64,000 bases of DNA from Macrostomum lignano (taxonomy: Eukaryota). The translations under genes were made by a program, and so were the position numbers. Below, piece after piece: positions 41,298 to 54,310 of the stretch (the first letter of the stretch is position 1; each line of letters starts with the position of its first letter). The stretch is taken from positions 62,001 through 126,000 of the forward strand of contig NIVC01000232.1 in the NCBI GenBank assembly GCA_002269645.1, in the 5' to 3' direction. A model generated the notes under the pieces. It searched no databases. It had not been told where the DNA came from and saw only the letters and a list, made by a program, of their open reading frames with translations.

Positions 41298-41584
41298 CAC
41301 AAAACTCTTCTTTTGACGTATTAGGCTGGAATATAAAACTTGTTCATACTATATAGATTTGCTGGAATCTAAGCTTGAAGCGAATCTTTCTTAAGATTGA
41401 TCTCGATTTTCAAGTCGGAATAATGGAAGTTTTCTACAATGTTTTGCAGTGCAAATTGGTGAGGCCCTCGTGTGTTTATTTGGTGAATTTCTTAATTAAT
41501 TTTAGTAATTATTGACATTTAGTAAGACAGCAAGTTCGGTTTCATGTAATGCATTTTAGTCTAATTCCAATTGGTTAAAAATCA

Positions 41585-42770
41585 GGCAGAGAGACAGTGA
41601 GAGGGATGCAGAAGCAGAAACAATGAGAGGGAGAGGGAGACAGTGAGAGGGAGACAGTGAGAGGGAGACAGTGAGAGGGAGACAGTGAGGGGGCGACAGT
41701 GAGAGAGGGAGACAGAGAGAGGGAGACAATGAGAGGGAGACAGAGAGAGAGGGAGACAGAGAGAGAGGGAGACAGAGAGAGAGGGAGACAGAGAGAGAGG
41801 GAGACAGAGAGAGAGGGAGACAGAGAGAGAGGGAGAGAGAGAGAGGGAGACAGAGAGAGGGAGACAGAGAGAGAGGGAGACAGAGAGAGAGGGAGACAGA
41901 GAGAGAGGGAAACAAAGATAGGGCGACAGAGAGAGGGAGACAGAGAGAGAGGGAGACAGAGAGAGAGGGAGACAGAGAGAGAGGGAGACAGAGAGAGAGG
42001 GAGACAGAGAGAGAGGGAGACAGAGAGAGAGGGAGACAGAGAGAGGGAGACAGAGAGAGAGGGAGACAGAGAGAGAGGGAGACAGAGAGAGAGGGAGACA
42101 GAGAGAGGGAGACAGAGAGAGAGGGAGACAGAGAGAGAGGGAGACAGAGAGAGAGGGAGACAGAGAGAGGGAGACAGAGAGAGAGGGAGACAGAGAGAGA
42201 GGGAGACAGAGAGAGAGGGAGACATAGAGAGAGGGAGACAGAGAGAGAGGGAGACAGAGAGAGAGGGAGACAGAGAGAGAGGGAGACAGAGAGAGAGGGA
42301 GACAGAGAGAGAGGGAGACAGAGAGAGAGGGAGACAGAGAGAGAGGGAGACAGAGAGAGAGGGAGACAGAGAGAGAGGGAGACAGAGAGAGAGGGAGACA
42401 GAGAGAGAGGGAGACAGAGAGAGAGGGAGACAGAGAGAGAGGGAGAGAGAGAGGGAGACAGAGAGAGGGAGACAGAGAGAGAGGGAAACAAAGATAGGGC
42501 GACAGAGAGAGGGAGACAGAGAGAGAGGGAGACAGAGAGAGGGAGACAGAGAGAGAGGGAAACAAAGATAGGGCGACAGAGAGAGGGAGACAGAGAGAGA
42601 GGGAGAGAGAGAGAGGGAGACAGAGAGAGGGAGACAGAGAGAGAGGGAAACAAAGATAGGGCGACAGAGAGAGGGAGACAGAGAGAGAGGGAGAGAGAGA
42701 GAGGGAGACAGAGAGAGGGAGACAGAGAGAGAGGGAAACAAAGATAGGGCGACAGAGAGAGGGAGACAGT
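41585..42770. repeat. GA-rich minisatellite (GAGGGAGACAGAGA variants)
   Basis: Purine-only tract with recurrent GGGAAACAAAGATAGGGCGAC inserts. Confidence 0.95.
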
Positions 42771-43484
42771 TAACAGGAAAGAGGGTGTCGCGTAAAAGAT
42801 GGTTCAGATACAAAATTTGGTTCTAAGCAACGCAAACGAAATGCGATTAATGCGGAAAGCCATAAAAATGGCAAAATGTCGGAAGCAGACAATCGATTTC
42901 CCCACTGCAGAAAGCAGAAAGATAAAGACTGCGCGCAAAAAACAGAGACAGAAATTTCTTATGAAAGCTTTCAGAAGACGGCTTGGTCAGTTGGAGAAGC
43001 CGAGGAGGTCAATATGATAGGAAAATAATTTCTGAGCTGGTGTGCTGCAACTGCAGTCCCATAGGGCTCACCCCCCCTGGCAGGTCCAGTGGTAGATAAG
43101 CAATTTTGGACGAGGCCTTATTCCACTTGGCTGTCCCCCTCCCCACTGTAGCACTGACAGGACGGACTGTGGAGACTTCTCCAAGCCCAGCTCCCCAGGG
43201 ATATTTAGGGAGAGCTCAAAAATGAAGCGTTCGGTTCTCATCTACCCTGTCTCTCTCTCTTTTCCTCTCTCTCTCTATCTTTTCTGACTTCTGGTCAACC
43301 CGCAAGTGTGGGCTTTTTCTTCCTTATTTTGCCCTCTTTTTGGCTTTTGATCTTAAGAATGAGGTCTAAACTTGGTGTTGAGGCCAGCTGCTATGCCTGT
43401 GTGTGCAGGTGTGGAGTGGAAAGTTTCATTTGAACAAATAATTCTTTATTGGAATAAACTGTAGATGGACAAGTTTCAAGGTAC

Positions 43485-44322
43485 TGAGGTCCTGAAGTTA
43501 ATGAAGGTCCCTGAAGATACTGAAGGTCCTGAAGATACTGAAGGTCCTGAAGTTAATGAAGGTTCTGAAGATACTGAACGTCCCTGAAGACACTGAATGT
43601 CCTGAAGATACTGAAGGTCCTGAAGTTAATGAAGGTCCTGAAGATACTGAAGGTCCTGAAGATACTGAAGGTCCTGAAGACACTGAAGGTTCTGAAGATA
43701 CTGAACGTCCCTGAAGACACTGAATGTCCTGAAGATACTGAAGGTCCTGAAGATACTGAAGGTCCTGAAGTTAATGAAGGTCCTGAAGATACTGAAGGTC
43801 CTGAAGATACTGAAGGTCCTGAAGACACTGAAGGTCCTGAAGACACTGAAGGTCCTGAAGACACTGAAGTTCCTGAAGAAACTGAAGGTCCTGAAGACAC
43901 TGAAGGTCCTGAAGACACTGAAGGTCCTGAAGATACTGAAGATTTTGAAGATACTGAAGGTCCTGAAGACACTGAAGGTCCTGAAGACACTGAAGGTTCT
44001 GAAGATACTGAACGTCCCTGAAGACACTGAATGTCCTGAAGATACTGAAGGTCCTGAAGATACTGAAGGTCCTGAAGACACTGAAGGTCCTGAAGACACT
44101 GAAGGTCCTGAAGATACTGAAGGTCCTGAAGATACTGAAGGTCCTGAAGATACTGAAGGTCCTGAAGACACTGAAGGTCCTGAAGACAGTGAAGGTCCTG
44201 AAGATACTGAAGATTTTGAAGATACTGAAGGTCCTGAAGACACTGAAGGTCCTGAAGACACTGAAGGTCCTGAAGATACTGAAGGTCCTGAAGACACTGA
44301 AGGTCCTGAAGACACTGAAGGC
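43485..44322. repeat. 18-bp minisatellite GAAGGTCCTGAAGA(C/T)ACT
   Basis: About 45 copies; translates as EGPEDT but is broken by recurring +1 units. Confidence 0.94.
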
Positions 44323-45554
44323 ATTAATGGTTTTGAATTTTGTGAAAGTCCACTAGACCTGAATGTCCTGAAGGTTAACTTTTTGATGAACAGGAAAACT
44401 TTACCAAAGTCAATGACGGATTTAAAATATTGACATTATTTTGTCAGGTCTTTCTATTATCAATTTATTTGTTTATCAGTGGCGCAGACATTCTTGCTGT
44501 AGAAATCATTAAATATCTCTTAAAACCACTCAAAAAGTAAAGGTGTATAGAAGGAAAACTTAAAACGACTTTTTTACATTTACATAACGACTTTTATTGG
44601 CAATATAAAAGTAGATGGAAATGCAACGCACTTTCTACTATTAAGTAGTACGTAAACATACTACTGACTATTTATATAGATAAGTCTCCCAAAAATGATT
44701 TATGATATTAATTACAAAAAACAGCTGAAGTATTTAAACGGTTGGATGATCTTCTGACATGAAAATAATTGTAAAAGAATGAAATATTGCTATTCTTACA
44801 ATTTTGTATGAGGATCCCCGACATTAACATGCGTCCGAGCTAATAAATTTATTGTTTGGAATTTGGACTTTTACATCCGAAAATTCATCGTTTACTCTGA
44901 AATTCCGTCATTCACTTCATCTGAAATTCCGTCATTCAGCAAAAACCTCATTCGAATTGACGCGCCAACAGTGGTCAGTTGAGATGTAAATCAAAAATGC
45001 GATTTTATGAGCCCTCAGGGTGGGGGAAGTTGGGAAAACTCCCAAATCCACTTCGAGGCCTGGAGTATAGATTGAGTACAGATATAGAGCAGCGAGAGAC
45101 CTCAATCTCTTTTGTTGTTCTTGCGAATTCTGCTCAACCCCAGGGCACAGGACTCGCACACAACGCAGACACACACCCAGCTTCCAACTAGTAGATAGGC
45201 AAAACATGAGGGACTCCATAAACTGAAGCTGAGTGGGGAAGCTGGAAAGATTGCTCTAGAGACATTTTGAGCAGTTCGACTTAGGGAATGAGGAAGCAGA
45301 GGAGGCTGGAGCTGGACTGTTCCCCAATGCCCGCTAATGCCCCAAGAGGCGGCCGGCCACTCCACCAGCGCGCAGAAGTTCTGGCTCGTTTCTGGGGACG
45401 AAAATTTTTAGACTGCTAAGCCGGCCATTCATTATGCCGTTGGCTCTTTATTAGATTAGTGCCATGCAGAATGGGCCTCCGTGCGGTTGGCGCTCCGGCC
45501 GCGGCGGCAGATGAGCCTCGCCTCTGTCTTATACTGCTCTTTGACTGCGGCTGC

Positions 45555-46337
<783 letters not shown>

Positions 46338-46634
46338 GGCTGTCGGTCCATCTTTATTGTACTTCTTCAGTCCCGATGCCTATGATTAGATTAAGGCAAT
46401 TTACTGATTTCGAAATACTAGAATTGTTCTGTTTTATTGCGTTAGCATTGATCCAAAAGACATCGACTTTTCCTTAATCAGTTTGCCCCATTTAGTCTGT
46501 GGGTGTCTCTTTTGCTCAAATAGTTACTATGCGCAGTGCCTATTTAGCTCTGAATTGATCGAAACTATTTTGTCCAGCACTGCCTCATTTGGGTTCTGTT
46601 GCTCTGCTTGCTGGACAGGCGACTGCGAGCGGTG

Positions 46635-46749
46635 CAGACAGACAGACAGACACACAGACAGACAGACAGACAGACACACAGACACACAGACAGACAGACA
46701 GACACACAGACAGACAGACAGACAGACACACAGACAGACAGACAGACAC

Positions 46750-46796
<47 letters not shown>

Positions 46797-46815
46797 CACA
46801 GACAGGCAGACAGAC
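46635..46815. repeat. (CAGA)n microsatellite
   Basis: Run with CACA interruptions. Confidence 0.95.
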
Positions 46816-47555
46816 ACGCTGCCGGTTGGTTTGCATCAGCAGCACAAGGACACAGTTGCCAGTTGCCCATGTCCCGCTACCTCAGCCAGTTGCTATTCCA
46901 TCAGTTGGGCTCATAATCCAATTTATCTAGAGAGGAAGATGGGATCTGTGGAAATGGCCAAGTCCTCAGTGCATGGATGTACGCAGACGCATCGCTAACC
47001 CTCCATATATAGGTCTGTCTGAGTCCCTGTCTCCTCACGCCTGTGTTTAGCTGCCCCATCAAAGTCGAGGTAGTCTCTACCCCCCCCCGAGTCTTCTCCT
47101 TGAGGATATTCTTGAGGAAAGAGATTTCGGGCAGGAAGAGATATCTAGAACTCGAGGGCTTTTTGGCGAGCCAAGGCAAAGAGAAAGGAGAGAAAATATA
47201 GAGGGATGCAGCGAGACGGGCTTTAAGACTAAAGCCGCGGGACCGAACTCAATTTATTGCTGCATAATTAATTTCATTATACAGCTGGACCCACCTTATA
47301 GACTGTCGGATTTGGGCGGAATCTCCTTGCCATTGGGAGAAATGAGATAGCTGGCTATCAAAATCTTCCCTTAGGATCTATCGATTTGCTATTCCGAACT
47401 CAATACAATCATTTCCTAAGCTGACTGCAAAGCTCTCAACTCTCCCATTTGTTTATCACTTCCGCACTGCCTGCCTGAAGTTCCTTTAATATTCCACCAC
47501 AAAATCGAAGTTTTTTTACGACCTGCGTTTACGAGAGAGTGGGTGCGAGCGGGTA

Positions 47556-48572
47556 TTACCTCTCCTGATCCTTCCACTGCTTACCCTCTCCTGATCCTTC
47601 CACTGCTTACCCTCTCCTGATCCTTCCACTGCTTACCCTCTCCTGATCCTTCCACTGCTACCCTCTTCTGATCCTTCCACTGCTACCCTCTCCTGATCCT
47701 TCCACTGCTTACCCTCTCCTGATCCTTCCACTGCTACCCTCTCCTGATCCTTCCACTGCTACCCTCTCCTGATCCTTCCACTGCTACCCTCTCCTGATCC
47801 TTCCACTGCTTACCCTCTCCTGATCCTTCCACTGCTACCCTCTTCTGATCCTTCCACTGCTACCCTCTCCTGATCCTTCCACTGCTTACCCTCTCCTGAT
47901 CCTTCCACTGCTACCCTCTCCTGATCCTTCCACTGCTACCCTCTCCTGATCCTTCCACTGCTACCCTCTCCTGATCCTTCCACTGCTTACCCTCTCCTGA
48001 TCCTTCCACTGCTACCCTCTCCTGATCCTTCCACTGCTACCCTCTTCTGATCCTTCCACTGCTACCCTCTCCTGATCCTTCCACTGCTTACCCTCTCCTG
48101 ATCCTTCCACTGCTACCCTCTCCTGATCCTTCCACTGCTACCCTCTCCTGATCCTTCCACTGCTACCCTCTCCTGATCCTTCCACTGCTTACCCTCTCCT
48201 GATCCTTCCACTGCTACCCTCTCCTGATCCTTCCACTGCTACCCTCTCCTGATCCTTCCACTGCTACCCTTTCCTGATCCTTCCACTGCTTACCCTCTCC
48301 TGATCCTTCCACTGCTACCCTCTCCTGATCCTTCCACTGCTACCCTCTCCTGATCCTTCCACTGCTTACCCTCTCCTGATCCTTCCACTGCTACCCTCTC
48401 CTGATCCTTCCACTGCTACCCTCTCCTGATCCTTCCACTGCTTACCCTCTCCTGATCCTTCCACTGCTACCCTCTCCTGATCCTTCCACTGCTACCCTCT
48501 CCTGATCCTTCCACTGCTTACCCTCTCCTGATCCTTCCACTGCTTACGCTCTCCTGATCCTTCCACTGCTGC
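47556..48572. repeat. 25/26-bp minisatellite CCACTGCT(T)ACCCTCTCCTGATCCTT
   Basis: About 40 copies, often in a 26-25-25 pattern. Confidence 0.95.
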
Positions 48573-49044
48573 CCTCTCTCCGGGCCCTCCCCTCCAATAA
48601 GCTAAAACAGAGTCACGGGTTGTCGTTCTCATGGAAATCCAATTTACAAATTGGAAGCCACAACGTCGCATTCCGGAAGTTTGCATCTCACTCATCTCAA
48701 ATGAGAAATGACCATAAAAAGGGGAACTTTGTTACCGCCAAAACAACTAATCTGGTAATTGGTCTCGTTCTCATTGAGCCCCAGTTTCATTATTTCGACA
48801 TCAAAACAACGGCGATGGCGCAAGTCTTTATTCATAAATAAACATTAGCAAACGTGACCTCAAATAGGACACGTTTTCTGTTTTAATTTGCTGCAGGCTA
48901 TTTCCTGAAAAAATATGGTAAATACAGTGTTGGCTTATGGCTAGATTATCAGCATAACAGATAGTATAATTTGTTATAGTGGCTTAGGCTGATCCATCAA
49001 ACACAGTATTAGCCATGGGTTAGTTGATCAATCTTGCGAGCAGT

Positions 49045-49102
<58 letters not shown>

Positions 49103-49244
49103 TATTCTCCATCATCCCTCTCTCTGGCTTGGCCCTATTAATTCACTTCAGTAGCATGTGAAATAAGTATGAAACGAGTTAGTCACCAGCTGTGACAGTT
49201 TTACGTTAAAATTTTACATTTAACATTGTTACTGCGATGTGGTT

Positions 49245-49965
49245 GCCATTTCAGGCATTGAGAGTGCCATTTCAGACATTGGGAGTGCCATTTCAGGCAT
49301 TGAGAGTGCCATTTCAGGCATTGAGAGTGCCATTTCAGGCATTGAGAGTGCCATTTCAGGCATTGAGAGTGCTATTTCAGACTAAGGAGTGCCATTTCAG
49401 GCATTGAGAGTGCCATTTCAGGCATTGAGAGTGCCATTTCAGACATTGAGAGTGCCATTTCAAGCATTGAGAGTGCCATTTCAGGCATTGAGAGTGCCAT
49501 TTCAGGCATTGAGAGTGCCATTTCAGGCATTGAGAGTGCCATTTCAGACATTGAGAGTGCCATTTCAAGTATTGAGAGTGCCATTTCAGACATTGAGAGT
49601 GCCATTTCAGACATTGAGAGTGCCATTTCAGGCATTGAGAGTGCCATTTCAGACTAAGGAGTGCCATTTCAGACGTTGAGAGTGCCATTTCAGGCATTGA
49701 GAGTGCCATTTCAGACTAAGGAGTGCCGTTTCAGACATTGAGAGTGCCATTTCAGGCATTGAGAGTGCCATTTCAGGCATTGAGAGTGCCATTTCAGGCA
49801 TTGAGAGTGCCATTTCAGACATTGAGAGTGCCATTTCAGGCATTGAGAGTGCCATTTCAGACATTGAAAGTGCCATTTCAGGCATTGAGAGTGCCATTTC
49901 AAGCATTAAGAGTGCCATTTCAGACATTGAGAGTGCCATTTCAGGCATTGAGAGTGCCATTTTAC
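49245..49965. repeat. 21-bp minisatellite GAGAGTGCCATTTCAGGCATT
   Basis: About 34 copies. Confidence 0.95.
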
Positions 49966-51422
49966 TATATGAACTTTTCAATTCATTAAGGTTAAAATCC
50001 TGTAAATAACCAAACCGACAAACTGGAGTAACTGCAGGGTATTGGCAAGTTGTCTGAAAATGGAGAGTTAAGGCTGGGGAAAGAGGCTTTGGCTGAGGTT
50101 TTGGGCAGTTGGTCTCTCCTCTCTTCTCTCTCTCTCTCTCGGATTCTCTGCATTAATTAATTTTCTCCCCAATTTCTCCCAGTAGTGAGGCAGGCAGTCA
50201 TCGTTCATTTCTTCCTTACTAGCGAAAGCAAAAAAAGCTAACGGGGGGGGAGCATAAGCTCGTTTTGTCAGATTTCTAGGCGGTATGGAGCTGTATATTT
50301 ATTCATAAATTACTGGGTTAATATGGTGCAGGATGGTAGGCAGTATAGTGCTGATGTTCACGCACTAGGCAGAGGTGTCACGTGACTTCAGTGAGTTTCA
50401 TTTGAAATAAAATTATACTCGTACATATTTAAAATAAAATAGTCTCGTTAAAACTAAGAAACATTTGACATTGTGGCTTGAAATCAGGACAGGATCACAT
50501 TGATTAAATTCTGATTCAAATAAGAGAATTTTAAATCGGGGATCGTCTTTACTGACTGACGGAATTCAAAAAGTGCGAAGTGATTTTTTTCGAGCAGAGC
50601 TGCCCATGAACTCAGTTAGTTGGGTGGGACGAAGTCCAATTTGAATCCCAAGTGGGGGGATCTTGCAATTTTAAAAAGCTCCTCTCTAAACTAAATCCCC
50701 TAAATCCTTGGATGCCCAAAGTTGAGACTCGTGAGGAAAGTTAAGGACGAGAATGTATATTTGAGTGAGACGCCAAGTTTTGACTCAATGTCACATCAGC
50801 CTCGCAGGAAATTCATGCGGGAGAAGAGTTCCTTCTCTCGCTGTACAGATCTCATCTACCCGTGTCTAAATTTTACTCCTGCTTGTCAAAAAATTTGGCG
50901 GATCACGAACTTGCAAGAGTATTAAGTGTGTGTGCGTGTGGGCGTGTGGGTGCCCCTGAGCCAGTCGGGGGCTCAAGTAGGGAGGACGAGAGGGGACGAA
51001 GAACGCCGAAGCGAGGGGTTAGTTAGGAGTCTCGTTGGGTCCGAATTTGACGGGAACCTCCAGAAGCGATTTTTTTACTACTGTCAGTTCATTTCTGTTC
51101 CCCTAATATATATGGGCCAGCATGCCTGCTAGCACTGGATGAGGCTCTTCCAGCAGATGAAGCTGAGAGGGAGGAGAGAGAGGGAAGCTGGACTTGCCTG
51201 ACTGGTGTGTGTGTGTGTGTGCTGATGCTGAGCGAGTCTGTGAGGGAGCCCAGCTAAAGCCTCAGAGAGTAGTGTGTGTGTGTGCCGTGTGTGTGTGGAA
51301 GAAGAGTTGAAGTGGAAGAGGAAAGCGCAAGGCTGCAGGACTCCCAATACACACAGCGAGACAGACAGACAGAACTGACTGACTGAATGAGGGTCCCTAT
51401 CTCTAGTGGGGGGGGGTAGGGT

Positions 51423-53819
51423 CAGGGAATCCTATTGGCTCGCTGCGCTCCCCAGGAAGCGACACTGAAAAATGGGGTCTACAAGTTGAGGCCCAAGTCC
51501 CCTCCCCATTCCCCCAATTTCTTGCCTGGTTAGCATGCCTTTCGCATAAGAAATCGTTGAAAAGAAGTAAACAAAAATAATTAAGACAGTTTCGAAGAAA
51601 ATATTCGCTGCATTAATTTAATATATATGTTCTATATTGCTCAATTTTGGAGAATAAATCAATATAAAAATCCTCCATTGCACTGGCAAATGACAGGCAA
51701 GAACTCCCACTGAAAAGCAATTCTTCAAGACTCATTGACTCCAGTAGGACTACAGACAGACTCACTCACCCGATAACTTTACCTTCTTTCTCTTTAAAGC
51801 TTTCTCGTTCTTCAAGTTGTCGTTGGTCTCATTCACGAAATTCTTCAGATAGATTCTTGACTGCTGGGGTGAGGATCCTGGAGGAGAAAATAACCCCAGG
51901 TCTTCCGCAAGGACACTTCTGTTTCAGCATGTCGCGGAACTCACCGGATCTGCTGATGCAATCTTGGTAGAGCTCCACGATACTCTGAACGGCTCCTCCT
52001 GAGTACAGCAGATCAGCAGTCAGCAAACTCTTATCCTTCAGGTGGCCGAACACGAAGTAGGATACCTTCATTAAAAGAAACAAGAAGTCACTGGGGCACT
52101 TCAGACCACAACGATCACGCATCTGGATCAAGGCAAAATCCTCAGCGCGGGCCTCATCATCGGATAGGATTAGGAACTCCAAATAGTCGGCAGTGACCAG
52201 GAAGTTCCTGCAATCCTGGCACTTCAGCTGACCACACAGAGACTTCGCGACATACCCACCAAGATAGGAGCACAGGTTCAGATCAGTTGATGAAAGAGCA
52301 GCACTCAGATGCTCCAGGCCAGGCAGCGACAAAGACAACAGTTGGCTTGAGAAGTCAGACGGATTTCCTTGATAAAGAATTTGAAAGTCCCTCAGCTTAA
52401 GTCCATGAAACTTGAGCAAGCTCGAGACGCGGATCTTCTTCTCCGCCTGAAAGATCTGACGCACGGAAATGAAGAAGTTGCCACCGTGAAATTGGCGGTA
52501 GCGACCGAAGCGGCGCTCAATCCAATCGCTGACAATGCAGCCTGTCAAAACGGAAGGAAACGAATGCTTGGCCAACAGGTGCTCTGTGAGGTCAGCAAGA
52601 GTGAGGCAGCAGGATCTCACGGCTAAGAATGTAGGAGCAGTCAAGCCAGGCAGCTTTGACTTCTCCCATCGATGAAAAAAAGTGGCAAACTGGCGCAGCT
52701 TTGAGAGCCTTGGATCATTTACAACCAACGGAGCAGCGTCCGGAAGCCGCTTCTCCTTTGCCTTCTTCGTGGTCCTAACATTCCACATCGTCCACAGACT
52801 CAGAATGAGCTGTAAGGTGATCAGACCGATGGGAAACCTGTGGAACTTGGCAGCCTCCACTGTGGACTCGCTGAAAACATTGGTATCGTGCTGGACGTTT
52901 GTCTTCTCCAGGTTTGTCGGATTCTGTCGCTGTTGCTTCTTCCTCGCACCGCCTCGTGTCGTTCTCCCGGCGGGTCTCGGCCGATGCCAGCTGAGTGGGG
53001 CGCTCCTCAGTGATGGTCTTGTTCAGGTAGGAGGGTGCATTTGGGAAGATGCAAGGCAGGGCATCAGCGGCTAGACGCCGAAGCTTTAGCTTGCCTGCAG
53101 GCTGACCATCTGCTTCGGTCCGTTTGCGGTGGGGATTGGAGTCCTGAGAGTTGATCACGAAGTACTTCTCAGGGAAGTGAAGCGAGCAGACCCTGTAGCT
53201 GTGGTTCGGGTTTGTTCTCAGCTGCTCCAACTCGGAATCGGTCCACACGCTTGGAATGGCCGTGATCCACTTATTCAGGAGCTCCAACTGCGTAGATGAT
53301 GGAAACTTGTGGATAGTCACGGTTGGATTCTTCTCATAGCGAGCATAGTTGATGACGCAGAGGAACGCAGCACTTGTAGCCCATAGTGGGAACGATCAGG
53401 TAGTTTCAAAATGCGATAGAGTGGAATTGAGAAGACTGCGAGTCAGTGCCCTTCGAGACAAACTCGCAATGTATATAGGGGCAAAGAACAGTGAATAATA
53501 TGCAGTAGAGTACAGTGTGAGGGAAGAACGCACATTAGTTTTCCTATGCACTTCCGTCCCCAGGAAAGGCTCTTTGTTTCACGAACTCGTACACAGGAGC
53601 GCAGCGAGGATCTCCTGCCCATTCTGTTTTTTACTGTGCACATAAACTTCGATGTCCTTATTTTTCGTCCCCATTTGTGGGAACCCTCCCTACAAGGAAG
53701 GGTTTACTCACAAAAACTCCCGCGTCTCGAAGGCTCGAAGGCTTGGGCCTCAACTTGTAGGGGAGGTGGGGTGGGGCGGGACCAGTGTCGGTTCCTGGTG
53801 AAACAAATAGGATTCCCTG
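51423..53819 (-). mobile_element. Internally deleted P-superfamily (THAP9/Galileo-like) DNA transposon, 2397 bp
   Basis: Perfect 14-bp TIR CAGGGAATCCTATT (51423-51436 / 53806-53819), two further inverted blocks of 16 bp (15/16) and 19 bp (19/19), and direct flanking repeat GTAGGGT (51416-51422 / 53820-53826). Encloses THAP and transposase sequence. Confidence 0.88.
51829..53384 (-). pseudogene. THAP-domain P-element transposase remnant
   Basis: ATG at 53384: MGYKCCVP, frameshift at about 53360, C..HKFP..W..VCSLHF..LPCIFP (THAP C2CH motif). This joins out of frame at about 52930 to PTNLEKTNV..VFSESTVEA, SDWIERRFGRYRQFHGGN, YLGGYVAK..C..C and GLKCPS. The central catalytic segment is missing. 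Confidence 0.85.
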
Positions 53820-53867
53820 GTAGGGTGGTGGTGCAGCTGGAGGGGGTGCAGGGAGTGCAGATTGGCA

Positions 53868-53873
53868 TATATA
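53868..53873 (+). promoter_or_regulatory. TATA-like motif, candidate Rbfox core promoter
   Basis: TATATA about 440 bp upstream of the Rbfox ATG; support is positional only. Confidence 0.3.
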
Positions 53874-54310
53874 GGGATTCTGCCCATTTGATCATTCGGT
53901 AATCGTACTCAGTTTTCTGTGGGGAGTTGATGGAGAGGGAGGAGAGAGAGAGAACCCAAGCTGGAGCTTAGTGCTGGTTGGCTGGGCATCTGGGGTCCGA
54001 GGAGCTTGCTTCCCCCTTCATCTTTCGAATCGAGTTTTTCTGTATGCGCGCCTGTATAAATTGGATTGCACAGCCCTACGAACTGCGCTTCAATAGGCTT
54101 ATTCTATTCAGGAACAGAGATTGACCGAATTTTGCTGTCGAACAACTGACTGGACTATAATTACTAAAGCCATGATTGAATTCGTACGGCTTCTCAAGTG
54201 ACTCATTTTTGAAATTGTTAGTCAAATTGGAAACAAGTCCAATACAAAGTAGCTCGTCGAACTAGCAAACCAAGAAACGATAGAAAGATTTTGTAGCATA
54301 CAAGCTATCT

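Noticed and set aside
42777-43027. Two overlapping open frames after the GA tract
   Set aside because: No pyrimidine tract at the putative acceptor and no recognisable motif.
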